Assembly (NCBI GenBank): GCA_963725665.1
Contig: CAVRZA010000001.1
Coordinates: 416,001-480,000 of the forward strand
DNA: 64,000 nucleotides
Reading direction: 5' to 3'
Source of the DNA: an uncultured Actinomycetes bacterium
Lineage (GTDB): Bacteria > Actinomycetota > Thermoleophilia > UBA2241
How positions within the stretch are numbered: the stretch's first letter is position 1; each line of letters begins with the position of its first letter. The position numbers and the translations under genes are program-made. Positions 28,021 to 37,452 of this stretch are shown piece by piece. The notes beneath the pieces are model-generated. The model did no database searches and was not told the DNA's origin. It saw only the letters and a program-made list of their open reading frames with translations.

Positions 28021-29517
28021 ATGAACAACTCGCTGACGCTGATCCTGCCCGGCCTCGTCGTCGCCGTCGTCGGCCTGGTGCTCTTCCTCGTCGAGGCGTT
28101 CGTGTCGGCCAAGCGCGCGCTGGCCTACATCGCCGCCGCCGGCCTCGCGGTCGCCGGGGTCCTTGCCGTGCTGCAGTGGCTTCAGCTACGTGGCAGCCTC
28201 GCGCTGCCGCTCCTGCGGCAGTGGAAGGCTGCCACAGCGGGCTTCAACCAGATGGTCGCCCTCGACCGTTACGGCCTCTTCTTCACGGTCCTCTTCTGCG
28301 CCGTGGGCATCGTCACCATCATGCTCTCCGATCGCTACCTCGATCTGCATCGTGCCTCGCGGGGCGAGTTCTACGGACTACTGCTTCTGATCGTCTCGGG
28401 CATGATCGGCATGGCCATGGCGACCGACACCGTGACCCTGTTCGTGTCGTTCGAGCTCATGTCGCTGCCGACCTACGTCATGGCCGGCTACCTGCGCGGC
28501 TCGGAGCGGTCGGGCGAGGCCGCCATCAAGTACTTCCTCAACGGCGCCTTCTCGTCGGCGATCCTCCTCTTCGGCCTGGCCCTGCTGTACGGTCTCACCG
28601 GCGCCACGAACTACAGCTCGATCGCCGCCGGGTTGCAGCACCTCGAGAGCGGCAACGGCGCGCTCGTCGTCGCGCTCGTTCTGGTCGCGGCCGGCTTCGG
28701 CTTCAAGATCTCGGCGGTGCCCTTCCACGGCTGGGCGCCCGACGTCTACGAAGGCGCCCCGACGCCGGTCACCGCCTTCATGGCCGTGGGGGTCAAGGCG
28801 GGCGCCTTCGCCGGCCTGCTGCGCTTCTTCACGGTGGCCGTGCTGCCCGCCTGGGACGTGTGGTCGAACATCCTCATCGTGCTCGCCGTGCTCACGATGG
28901 TGATCGGGAACGTGCTCGCGCTGCCGCAGCGCAACCTCAAGCGTATGCTCGCCTACTCGAGCATCGCCCACGCCGGCTACCTGCTGCTGGGGGTGATCGC
29001 GGCCGGCCGCCAGCCCGAGGGCAACGGCGGCAGCGCCGTGCTCTTCTACCTCGCCGCCTACGCGTTCATGAACCTGGGCGCCTTCGGGCTGCTGGTGCTC
29101 GTCCGCAACCGGCGTCCTTTCGGCTACACGCTCGATGAGATCGCCGGGCTGTGGCGCAGCATGCCCTGGACGTCGATCGCCATGGCGGTCTTCATGATCT
29201 CGCTCACCGGCATCCCGCCGACCATCGGCTTCTGGGCCAAGTTCTACATCTTCACGGCTCTTATCGACGCCCACCTGACCTGGCTCGCCATCGTGGCCGT
29301 GGTCATGGCTGCCGTGTCCTCGTTCTACTACCTGCGCGTGGTCTGGTACCTCTTCTTCCGTGAGCAGGAGGGCGAGCAACCGCTGCCGGTCGCGGCTACG
29401 ACCGGGACGGCCGCCGCCGTCGTCGTCACGGCGCTCGGCGTGCTCCTTGTGGGTCTCTACCCGTCCTGGCTGCTCGACGCGGCGCAGAGTGCGCTGCGTC
29501 TGGTGATCGGCGGATAG
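28021..29517 (+). CDS. nuoN: NADH-quinone oxidoreductase subunit N
   Basis: EAAIKYF, FKISAVPFHGWAPDVYEGAP, KRMLAYSSIAHAGY. Confidence 0.97.
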   Translation: MNNSLTLILPGLVVAVVGLVLFLVEAFVSAKRALAYIAAAGLAVAGVLAVLQWLQLRGSLALPLLRQWKAATAGFNQMVALDRYGLFFTVLFCAVGIVTIMLSDRYLDLHRASRGEFYGLLLLIVSGMIGMAMATDTVTLFVSFELMSLPTYVMAGYLRGSERSGEAAIKYFLNGAFSSAILLFGLALLYGLTGATNYSSIAAGLQHLESGNGALVVALVLVAAGFGFKISAVPFHGWAPDVYEGAPTPVTAFMAVGVKAGAFAGLLRFFTVAVLPAWDVWSNILIVLAVLTMVIGNVLALPQRNLKRMLAYSSIAHAGYLLLGVIAAGRQPEGNGGSAVLFYLAAYAFMNLGAFGLLVLVRNRRPFGYTLDEIAGLWRSMPWTSIAMAVFMISLTGIPPTIGFWAKFYIFTALIDAHLTWLAIVAVVMAAVSSFYYLRVVWYLFFREQEGEQPLPVAATTGTAAAVVVTALGVLLVGLYPSWLLDAAQSALRLVIGG

Positions 29518-29625
29518 CGCAGGGGGCTCCGGGCGCGGGTCTCAAGGCTCCTGGGTATAATCGGCGGCGGGCCACGCTTCCCGCGGCGCGGTCCGGCCCT
29601 CGAGCGGATCCGGGAGCGCAGGTCT

Positions 29626-30396
29626 TTGAACATCCTCTTCGTAGGCGACGTGTTCGGCCAGCCCGGTCGTGACGCCCTGCTGGGGCGTCTGCCGGGGATC
29701 GTCGAGGAACGCGCCATCGACATGGTCATCGCCAACGGCGAGAACGCCGCCAACGGCGCCGGCATCACATCGAAGATAGCCGGCCGGCTGCTGGCCGGCG
29801 GCGTCGATGTGATCACGACCGGTAACCACGTCTGGCGGCAGCGTGAGGTCTACCCCTTCCTCTCGTCGTCGGACCGCATCGTGCGCCCGGCCAACTACCC
29901 GCCCGGCTCGCCGGGACGCGCCCTCACCGTAAGGCAGGTGGGTGACGAAGAGGTGGCCGTCGTCAACCTGATGGGCGGCATCTACATGGACACCGGCGTC
30001 TCTCCCTTCCGCATCGTCGACGCTCTCGTCGACGAGGCGGTCAACCTCGCGGCCACGATCGTGGTCGACATTCACGCCGAGGCGACGAGTGAGAAGGTGG
30101 CCATGGGCCGGTACCTGGACGGCCGCGTCACGGCCGTGATCGGTACGCACACCCACGTGCAGACCGCCGACGAGTGCGTGCTCCCCAAGGGCACGGCGTA
30201 CATCACCGACGTCGGCATGACCGGTCCCGTGAACTCCGTGATCGGCGTGCGCTCCGACATCATCCTGCGCAAGTTCACGACCGAGCTCCCCGTTCCGTTC
30301 GAGGTCGCCGAGGGCGACGTGCGCATCGACGCTGTGGTGATCGAGGCCGAGGGGGGCCGCGCAAGGGCGATCACGCGCTTCGAGGAGATCGTCTGA
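29626..30396 (+). CDS. ymdB: YmdB-family metallophosphoesterase (2',3'-cyclic nucleotide phosphodiesterase)
   Basis: GDVFG, NGENAA, GNH, HAEATSEK, GTHTHVQTAD; TATAAT at 29556. Confidence 0.92.
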   Translation: MNILFVGDVFGQPGRDALLGRLPGIVEERAIDMVIANGENAANGAGITSKIAGRLLAGGVDVITTGNHVWRQREVYPFLSSSDRIVRPANYPPGSPGRALTVRQVGDEEVAVVNLMGGIYMDTGVSPFRIVDALVDEAVNLAATIVVDIHAEATSEKVAMGRYLDGRVTAVIGTHTHVQTADECVLPKGTAYITDVGMTGPVNSVIGVRSDIILRKFTTELPVPFEVAEGDVRIDAVVIEAEGGRARAITRFEEIV

Positions 30397-30442
30397 TCGC
30401 TTGCGAGGTGGGGGATGGGTCCCGCCGGCCCCTCTCCTCCGT

Positions 30443-31660
30443 TCACCCACTCCCTAGCGTGGCCGGCGCCAGCCGCCAGAGCCTCACCAGTGCGGCGACG
30501 AACGTGGCCAGAAGCAGGACGTCGCGGACCACGAGCACACCGATGGCCGGTCGGTCCAGGTAGACGAGGCTCCAGTAGAGGCCGGGGAACTCGACCTGGG
30601 TCAGAACGACGGTGGCCAGGGCGAGGAGGCCGACGACGATGTCGTCGAGCAGCACGAGGGCGGCGGCGGGCAGGAGCCAGATGAAGTACTGGGGCGAGAG
30701 GACCTTGCCGAAGACCATGAAGGCGCAGGCCGTGGCGAAGACCGCGAGCGGGAGGTGGCGCGGCGCCGCGCGCAGCAGTGCGCGGCGCCGCGCCACCAGC
30801 GCGTAGGTCAGCCCCAGCGCGAGCAGCGTCAGCGGTCCGGACAGCCGCGCCATGAAGGCCGCGCCGCGCGCGTCGATGCTCTGCGAGCCAAAGCTTGTGC
30901 CGACGTCGATCCACAGCCGCCCCGCGAGGTGCGCGACGAAGAGCGGCGCGCCCAGCACGCTCTCGATCTGCAGCGGACGGTCGAGGTGGTAGAGGAACGA
31001 GTGCTCCACCCCGCTGGGGGCGACCACCAGCCAGGGCACGAAGGGCAGGATCGCCGCGAGACCGAACAGGACGAGCGTCCAGAGCGCGCGCCGGTTCCAG
31101 CCCGCGAGCAGCAGCACGACGGGCAGCAGGACCGCCGGCGTCAGCTTGACCGCGAAGCCGAGGCCCAGCACGAGGCCGGCCAGCTCGTACTCGCGCAAGG
31201 CGAGGAGCCAGATGCAGAGCGCGAGCGAGAGGGCGACCACGATGTCGAAGCGGTTCTCGACGATGGCTCCCATGGCGGCCGTGAAGAGGGCGAACGATGC
31301 CGCCGCGGCGATCGGCCGTGGGCCGCGCCGCCAGATGGCGGCCGCCGCGGCGACGACCGCGGCCGCCGCCGCCAGCGTGAAGACGAACATCTCGAAGCTG
31401 AACCAGCGCTGGTAGGAGGCGAAGTCGAGGCCGTTGCCCGCAACGGTGAAGAGCGGCACGGCGAGCGGCGGGTACTCGATGGCGAAGTCCTTGTACGGCT
31501 TGAGCCCGCTGGCGATCTTGGCGGCGTAGGCGAAGTAGATCGTGATGTCGGAGATGTCGTGCGGCCCGTACCACAGGTTGGGGTAGATGAGGCTGAAGAC
31601 GATGAGCTGCAGCAGCAGTGCGAGGCCGATCGCGACGAGCGTGCGGTGACGTGTGAGCAC
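30443..31660 (-). CDS. GT87-like polyprenyl-sugar-dependent glycosyltransferase
   Basis: PYKDFAIEYPP, RFD, KLTP, RPLQIES, KVLSPQYFIW; multi-TM. Confidence 0.85.
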   Translation of the reverse strand: MLTRHRTLVAIGLALLLQLIVFSLIYPNLWYGPHDISDITIYFAYAAKIASGLKPYKDFAIEYPPLAVPLFTVAGNGLDFASYQRWFSFEMFVFTLAAAAAVVAAAAAIWRRGPRPIAAAASFALFTAAMGAIVENRFDIVVALSLALCIWLLALREYELAGLVLGLGFAVKLTPAVLLPVVLLLAGWNRRALWTLVLFGLAAILPFVPWLVVAPSGVEHSFLYHLDRPLQIESVLGAPLFVAHLAGRLWIDVGTSFGSQSIDARGAAFMARLSGPLTLLALGLTYALVARRRALLRAAPRHLPLAVFATACAFMVFGKVLSPQYFIWLLPAAALVLLDDIVVGLLALATVVLTQVEFPGLYWSLVYLDRPAIGVLVVRDVLLLATFVAALVRLWRLAPATLGSG

Positions 31661-31689
31661 GCCCCCGAGGCCGTGCTGCGCCGGGCCGG

Positions 31690-32187
31690 CTAGCTCGCGT
31701 GCCTGAAGCTCCACAGCTTGTTGGCCACGTAGTTGATCGGCATGACGACGGCGATCGCGATGAGCTGGCTGACGACCGGGCCGAGCTGCGTGCGCGCCAG
31801 CGAGAACACGACCAGGTTCGCCGCATAGGCGACGATACTGACCGTGACGAACTTGGGCAGCTCGGTGGCCACGCGTCCCGTCGAGCGGAACGTCCAGCGC
31901 CGGTTCAGGTAGTAGTTCGTCATGACCGACACAGCGAAGCCCAGGGCGTTGGCCACGTAGTCGACGGCACGGGGGATGTCCTGGGCGCTCTTGGTCACGA
32001 ACCCCGTCAGCGAGTGCGCGAGATCGGCGCCCGAGTGGATGTGTCCGGTCAGGACGAGCCAGATGAGCAGAGTCGCGCTGAAGACGGCCACGTTGACGAC
32101 GACGCCGCTCAGACCTACGACGGCGAACCTGAGGAACTGCAGCGCGTCGGCGCGCAGCCCCTCTCCTGTCGCTGTCTGGCTGCTCAC
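31690..32187 (-). CDS. GtrA family protein
   Basis: QFLRFAVVG, NYYLNRRWTF, NYVANKLWSF. Confidence 0.9.
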   Translation of the reverse strand: MSSQTATGEGLRADALQFLRFAVVGLSGVVVNVAVFSATLLIWLVLTGHIHSGADLAHSLTGFVTKSAQDIPRAVDYVANALGFAVSVMTNYYLNRRWTFRSTGRVATELPKFVTVSIVAYAANLVVFSLARTQLGPVVSQLIAIAVVMPINYVANKLWSFRHAS

Positions 32188-32915
32188 GTCGCGTCGGTTC
32201 CTTTCGCGCGCGCTCCGGCCACGTCTCGCCGCCCGTCGTCGTCCCAGCGTTCAAGCTGCGCCCGAGCGGTCTCGAAGTCGGTCAGCGGATGATAGGCGAT
32301 GCCCTCGGCGGCGCACAGCTGCTGGAGGACCCCGCGGGCGAAGACGATGTCGGCTTCGCGCGCGAGACAGAGGTCGGCGACGCCGTCGCCGAACACAGCG
32401 ACGGCGTCGCCGGCCCGCCGCAGCGCGCGCACGGCTGCCCCTTTGCAGCCGCCCGGCCCGCACCGCGGGCAATCGCCGAACAGGTCGTCGAGTACCACCG
32501 TGTTGCCGCCCTGGGGCAAGGCTTCAAGCTCGCTCGCGTAGAGCTCGACCGGCGGCAGACGGTGCCGCTCCCAGACGCGCTCGATCGCCTCGCGGAAGCC
32601 GACCGAGACGATGGCGACCCGCGCCCCGCCGGCAAGTGCCCAGTCGAGAAAGCCAGCCAGGCCCGGCGCCGGCTCGGCAAGGTCGGCCATGGCCGCGAAG
32701 AGCTTGTCGCGAGGCGCCCGGGCGAGAGCGAACTGCTGCTTGAAACACTCGGCGTGGCTGAGGCTGCCGTCGAGCGCCCTGGCCTCCAGCGGGCGCCAGG
32801 CGTCGCCGGTAAAGCGCTGCAGGATGATCTCGTTGCACTCGTCGACCGTCACGGTGCCGTCGTAGTCGAGGACGAGCAGAAGCTGCTCGAGATGACGGTG
32901 GGCGTGCTGGTTCAT
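32184..32915 (-). CDS. HAD-IB phosphatase (MtnX-like)
   Basis: DYDGTVT, IVSVG, CxxC..GCK, GDGVAD. Confidence 0.88.
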   Translation of the reverse strand: MNQHAHRHLEQLLLVLDYDGTVTVDECNEIILQRFTGDAWRPLEARALDGSLSHAECFKQQFALARAPRDKLFAAMADLAEPAPGLAGFLDWALAGGARVAIVSVGFREAIERVWERHRLPPVELYASELEALPQGGNTVVLDDLFGDCPRCGPGGCKGAAVRALRRAGDAVAVFGDGVADLCLAREADIVFARGVLQQLCAAEGIAYHPLTDFETARAQLERWDDDGRRDVAGARAKGTDAT

Positions 32916-33144
32916 GCGTCTCCTCATCAGGGTCACACCCATTCTATGCCGTCTGCTAGAATTGACCGCCCGACGCGACTGGTCCTCCGAGGGACGATTG
33001 CCTGCACATGCGTGCGAGCGTGCGAGGCAGACGCCCGCCGCGCCGCGCCGGCGCGCCGCCGGCGGCGGCCGGCGAGCCGGTCGGTCCGGCCCGGCGACCG
33101 CCGCCGGGCAGCATCCGTCGGCGAACGACTGAAAGACCGAGGCC

Positions 33145-36100
33145 TTGGTGAACGACGACAAGCGATCGCGCTTTCGCGACGTCTCCCCGCGCGTCGAGTT
33201 CCCCGAACTCGACGCGCGCATCCTCGCCTTCTGGAGGGAGCGCCGCATCTTCGAGAAGAGCCTCGCCCTGCGCGAGGACGCGCCGCTCTTCGTCTTCTAC
33301 GAAGGCCCTCCGACGGCCAACGGGCGCCCGGGTGCGCACCACGTGCTCTCGCGCGTCTTCAAAGACATCTTCCCCCGCTACAAGACGATGCGTGGCTTCA
33401 AGGTCCCGCGCAAGGCGGGCTGGGACACGCACGGTCTGCCCGTCGAGCTCGAGATCGAGCGCCGGCTGGGCATCAACGGCAAGAAGGAGATCGAGGAGTA
33501 CGGCATCGTCGAGTTCAACCGTCTCTGCAAGGAGAGCGTCCTCACCTACCTCGAGGAGTGGGACCGCCTGACCGAGCGCATCGGTTTCTGGATCGACCTC
33601 GGCGACGCCTACTACACGTTCACCAACGAGTACATCGAGACGGTGTGGTGGCTGCTGCGCCAGATCTGGGACAAGGACCTCCTCTACCAGGGGTACAAGG
33701 TGGTGCCCTACTGCCCTCGCTGCGGCACGGCCATCTCGAGCCACGAGGTGTCGCAGGGCTACCAGGAGATCGAAGAGCCAAGCGTCTACGTGCGCTTCCC
33801 GCTGCACGCGGAGGGCGCCGCGCTGCTCGCAGGCGAGGTTGAGGGCGGCGACGCCGCCGAAGAGGGCGGTGCCGCGTCGTTGCTCGTCTGGACCACGACC
33901 CCCTGGACGCTGATCTCGAACGTCGCCGCCGCCGTGCACCCCGACATCGAGTACGCGCTCGCCGAGAGCCGCGGCGAGCGCTTCGTGCTCGCCGCCGACC
34001 TCGTCGAGCCCGTCTTGGGCAAGGGCGCCCGCATCCTGGGCACGTTCCCCGGCAGCCGTCTGGTCGGACTGGGCTACGAGCCGCCTTACACCTTCGTCAC
34101 GCCCGACAAGCCGGCCTTCGTGGTAGTCCCCGGCGACTACGTGACCACGACCGAGGGCACAGGCGTCGTGCACACCGCGCCGGCCTTCGGCGAGGACGAC
34201 ATGCGCGTCTGCCTCGAGAACGACCTTCCCGTGCTGAACCCTGTCGATGGTGAGGGCAAGTTCGCCGCCGAGGTGACGCCCTGGGCAGGCGTCTTCGTCA
34301 AGGACGCCGACCCGCGCATCATCGCCGACCTGCGCCGGCGCGGCTTGCTCGTCGCCGAGGTCCCCTACGCGCACAGCTACCCCTTCTGCTGGCGCTGTGA
34401 CACGCCGCTCCTCTACTACTCGAAGTCGACCTGGTTCATCCGCACCACGGGCGTCAAGAAGGAGCTGCTGGCGGCCAACGACGCCGTCACCTGGTACCCG
34501 GAGCACATCAAGCGCGGGCGCTTCGGCGAGTGGCTCGAGAACAACGTCGACTGGGCCCTGTCGCGTGACCGCTACTGGGGTACCCCGCTGCCGGTGTGGC
34601 GCTGCGACGAGGGGCACGTGCACTGCGTCGGCAGCGTCGCCGAGCTGCGCGAGCTGGCGGTCACGCCGCCGCCCGACGACCTCGACCTGCACCGCCCCTA
34701 CGTCGACGAGGTCGTCCTGCGCTGTTCGGAGTGCGGCGGCGAGATGCACCGCGTGCCCGAGGTCATCGACGCCTGGTTCGACTCGGGCGCCATGCCCTAC
34801 GCGCAGTGGCACTATCCGTTCGAGAACACGGACACCTTCAAGGCCCGCTTTCCCGCCGACTTCATCGCCGAGGCCATCGATCAGACGCGGGGCTGGTTCT
34901 ACAGCCTGCTCGCCGAGGGCACCCTGCTCTTCGGCGAGAGCAGCTTCCGCACCGTCCTCTGCCTGGGCCACATCCTCGACGCCGAGGGCCAGAAGATGAG
35001 CAAGAGCCGCGGCAACGTGGTCGAGCCCGACGCCGTGCTCGACCGCCAAGGGGCCGATGCCTTCCGTTGGTACCTCTTCACCGTCTCGAGCCCCTGGTAT
35101 GTGCGCCGCTTCTCCCCCGAGATGGTCGACGAGGTGGTGCGCAAGTTCCTCCTCACGCTGTGGAACACCTACAGCTTCTTCACCGTCTACGCCAACATCG
35201 ACCGCTTCGATCCCACCGCCGAGCCCGTGCCGGTGGCCGAACGGGCGCTGCTCGACCGCTGGATCATCGGCGAGCTCAATCGCCTCGTCCGCGATGTGAC
35301 GAGCGGTCTCGAGGACTACGATGCGACGACCACGGGCCGGGCCATCCAGCAGTTCGTCGAAGACCTCTCGAACTGGTACGTGCGCCGCAGCCGGCGACGC
35401 TTCTGGAAGGGCGGCCACGACCGCGACAAGCTGGCCGCCTACCACACGCTCTACGAGTGCCTTGTTACGTTGGCCAAGCTGCTGGCGCCGTACACGCCCT
35501 TCATCGCCGAGGAGCTCTACCAAAACCTCGCGTGCTCCGTCGACGCGACGGTGCCCGAGAGCGTGCACCTCTGCGACTGGCCCGTCGCCGACGCCGATCT
35601 GATCGACGAGGCGGTGGGCTTCGACATGGCCGCCGCGCGCCAGGTCGTCGAGCTCGGGCGCGCGGCGCGCAACGGCGCCGGCGTCAAGACGCGCCAGCCG
35701 CTGCGCGAGGTCGCCGTGGCGGTCGGCGAGGCGCGCGAGCGCGCGGCGCTCGCGCGCCTCGCCGACCTCATCGTCGATGAGCTCAACGTGAAGGGGCTGC
35801 GCTTCGTCGAGAGCGCCGACGAGCTCTCTGGGGTGCGCGTCAAACCCAACCTGCCGGTGCTCGGACCCAAGCACGGCAAGCTCCTGCCGCAGATCAAGGC
35901 CGCGCTGGAGCTCGTGGAACCCGCGGCCTTCGTCGCCGAGCTCCGCAGCCGCGGCGCGCTCGCCCTGGCGCTCCCCGATGGCGCTGAGGTCGAGCTCAGC
36001 GAGGGCGACCTCCTGATCGAGACGACGGCCGCCGAGGGCTACCGCGTGGAGCGCCAGGGCGAGCGCGCCGTAGCCCTTGCCGTCGAGATAGACGGGCCGC

Positions 36101-36387
36101 TGCGCGAGGAAGGGCTGGCGCGCGAGATCGTGCACGCGGTTCAACTCTCGCGCAAGAACGCCGATTTACGCATCGAGGACACGATAAGCCTGGCGTTGCG
36201 CGTGCCCGACAGCGTGCGGCAGGTGGTGGAGCGCTTCGCGTCGTACATCAAGGGCGAGACGCTGGCGAGTGAGTTCAGTCTCGACGGTGGCGAGCGCGAC
36301 CACAACGAGACGGCCCGCGTCGACGGACACGAGATAGACATCGGTCTGTCGGCGACGGGAACGATCTTCACCGAGACGTACGGCTAG
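33145..36387 (+). CDS. ileS: Isoleucine-tRNA ligase, type 2
   Basis: EGPPTANGRPGAHH, GWDTHGLP, WTTTPWTL, DQTRGWFY, KMSKS, IleRS2-type C-terminus. Confidence 0.97.
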   Translation: MVNDDKRSRFRDVSPRVEFPELDARILAFWRERRIFEKSLALREDAPLFVFYEGPPTANGRPGAHHVLSRVFKDIFPRYKTMRGFKVPRKAGWDTHGLPVELEIERRLGINGKKEIEEYGIVEFNRLCKESVLTYLEEWDRLTERIGFWIDLGDAYYTFTNEYIETVWWLLRQIWDKDLLYQGYKVVPYCPRCGTAISSHEVSQGYQEIEEPSVYVRFPLHAEGAALLAGEVEGGDAAEEGGAASLLVWTTTPWTLISNVAAAVHPDIEYALAESRGERFVLAADLVEPVLGKGARILGTFPGSRLVGLGYEPPYTFVTPDKPAFVVVPGDYVTTTEGTGVVHTAPAFGEDDMRVCLENDLPVLNPVDGEGKFAAEVTPWAGVFVKDADPRIIADLRRRGLLVAEVPYAHSYPFCWRCDTPLLYYSKSTWFIRTTGVKKELLAANDAVTWYPEHIKRGRFGEWLENNVDWALSRDRYWGTPLPVWRCDEGHVHCVGSVAELRELAVTPPPDDLDLHRPYVDEVVLRCSECGGEMHRVPEVIDAWFDSGAMPYAQWHYPFENTDTFKARFPADFIAEAIDQTRGWFYSLLAEGTLLFGESSFRTVLCLGHILDAEGQKMSKSRGNVVEPDAVLDRQGADAFRWYLFTVSSPWYVRRFSPEMVDEVVRKFLLTLWNTYSFFTVYANIDRFDPTAEPVPVAERALLDRWIIGELNRLVRDVTSGLEDYDATTTGRAIQQFVEDLSNWYVRRSRRRFWKGGHDRDKLAAYHTLYECLVTLAKLLAPYTPFIAEELYQNLACSVDATVPESVHLCDWPVADADLIDEAVGFDMAAARQVVELGRAARNGAGVKTRQPLREVAVAVGEARERAALARLADLIVDELNVKGLRFVESADELSGVRVKPNLPVLGPKHGKLLPQIKAALELVEPAAFVAELRSRGALALALPDGAEVELSEGDLLIETTAAEGYRVERQGERAVALAVEIDGPLREEGLAREIVHAVQLSRKNADLRIEDTISLALRVPDSVRQVVERFASYIKGETLASEFSLDGGERDHNETARVDGHEIDIGLSATGTIFTETYG

Positions 36388-36403
36388 TGGGGAGGCGACA
36401 AGA

Positions 36404-37099
36404 GTGAACGCGCACAGCGAGTCGTCGCTGCAGGTCATCGAGGACCTCGCCCGGCCCACGGCGCACGACGGGCTGCTCGATCTCGAGACCGGCGTCGGCG
36501 ACGTGGCCTTTGCCTTCGCGGGGTCCGTCAAGAGTGTGGAGGCGGTTGACGATCGCCCCGAGATGATCGACGAGGCCGGCCGTCTGGCTCGGGAGATGAA
36601 GGTCTCCGGCGTCTCGTTCCGCCGCGCCGATCTCTACTCTCTGCCGTTCGATGACGGCGACTTCAGCCTCGTCGTCTGCCGCAACGGCCTGCATCGCCTG
36701 CCCGAGCCGGTCGCCGCGCTGAAGGAGGCGACACGAGTCTTGAGCCCCGGTGGGCGCATGGTGGTCTTCGAGACGAGTGTGTCCGAGGTAGTCGACCGCC
36801 CGCTGAACGAGCTCGCCAAGTTGCGCGAGCCCGCCCATCGGCGGTACTACCGGCTCGACGAGTATCGCGAACTGTTCGAGAAGGCGGGCTTGCGCGTCGA
36901 CGAGGAGCGCGAGGACCGGCGTACCGTCGACCTCGACTACTGGCTCGAGGCGGCCGGCGCGTCGCACGAACATCGCGAGATCGTGCAGTCACGTCTGCAG
37001 GAGCTACCCGTGAGGGTGCAGGGGGGGATGGACCTTGCTTTCGCCGACCAGCTCGTGTCGTTCTCCTACGACGTGGTCGGCTTTCGCCTGTCGCGCTAG
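36404..37099 (+). CDS. Class I SAM-dependent methyltransferase
   Basis: LLDLETGVG, DLYSLPFDDGDFSLV, RVLSPGG. Confidence 0.8.
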   Translation: MNAHSESSLQVIEDLARPTAHDGLLDLETGVGDVAFAFAGSVKSVEAVDDRPEMIDEAGRLAREMKVSGVSFRRADLYSLPFDDGDFSLVVCRNGLHRLPEPVAALKEATRVLSPGGRMVVFETSVSEVVDRPLNELAKLREPAHRRYYRLDEYRELFEKAGLRVDEEREDRRTVDLDYWLEAAGASHEHREIVQSRLQELPVRVQGGMDLAFADQLVSFSYDVVGFRLSR

Positions 37100-37126
37100 C
37101 CGCAGCCGGCGGAGCGCCCGCCGATC

Positions 37127-37441
37127 CTAGCCGAGGAAGTCGCTCAGCTCCTCGATCAGCTTCGGTTTGGGCAGAGCGCCCACGACCCGCTTGACGATGG
37201 CGCCCTTCTCGAAGGCCAGCAGCGTGGGGATGCTCATCACCTCGTAGCCCTGAGCGACGCTGGGATTCTCGTCGACGTTGAGCTGCACGAACCTGACGCC
37301 GGGGTAGTCGCCCTCGAGCTCGTCGAGCACCGGTCCGACCATGCGGCACGGACCACACCACTCGGCCCAGAAATCGACTAGCACCTTGCCGGGTGCCTGC
37401 AGCACCTCGGCGTCGAAGGTCTCCTGCGACACAGCTTCCAC
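37127..37441 (-). CDS. trxA: Thioredoxin
   Basis: DFWAEWCGPC, SIPT; RBS AGGAGG. Confidence 0.96.
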   Translation of the reverse strand: MEAVSQETFDAEVLQAPGKVLVDFWAEWCGPCRMVGPVLDELEGDYPGVRFVQLNVDENPSVAQGYEVMSIPTLLAFEKGAIVKRVVGALPKPKLIEELSDFLG

Positions 37442-37452
37442 GAAACGTCCTC

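Noticed and set aside
32950-33145. T-box riboswitch upstream of ileS
   Set aside because: A GC-rich hairpin is present, but I found no TGGNACC T-box or recognisable specifier stem.
32956-36144. Long antisense or alternative-frame ORFs (also 19573-21219, 21119-23500, 53701-56637 and others)
   Set aside because: These are shadows of real genes in high-GC DNA with few stop codons and no family motifs; 53701-56637 only borrows pieces of frameshifted znuC.
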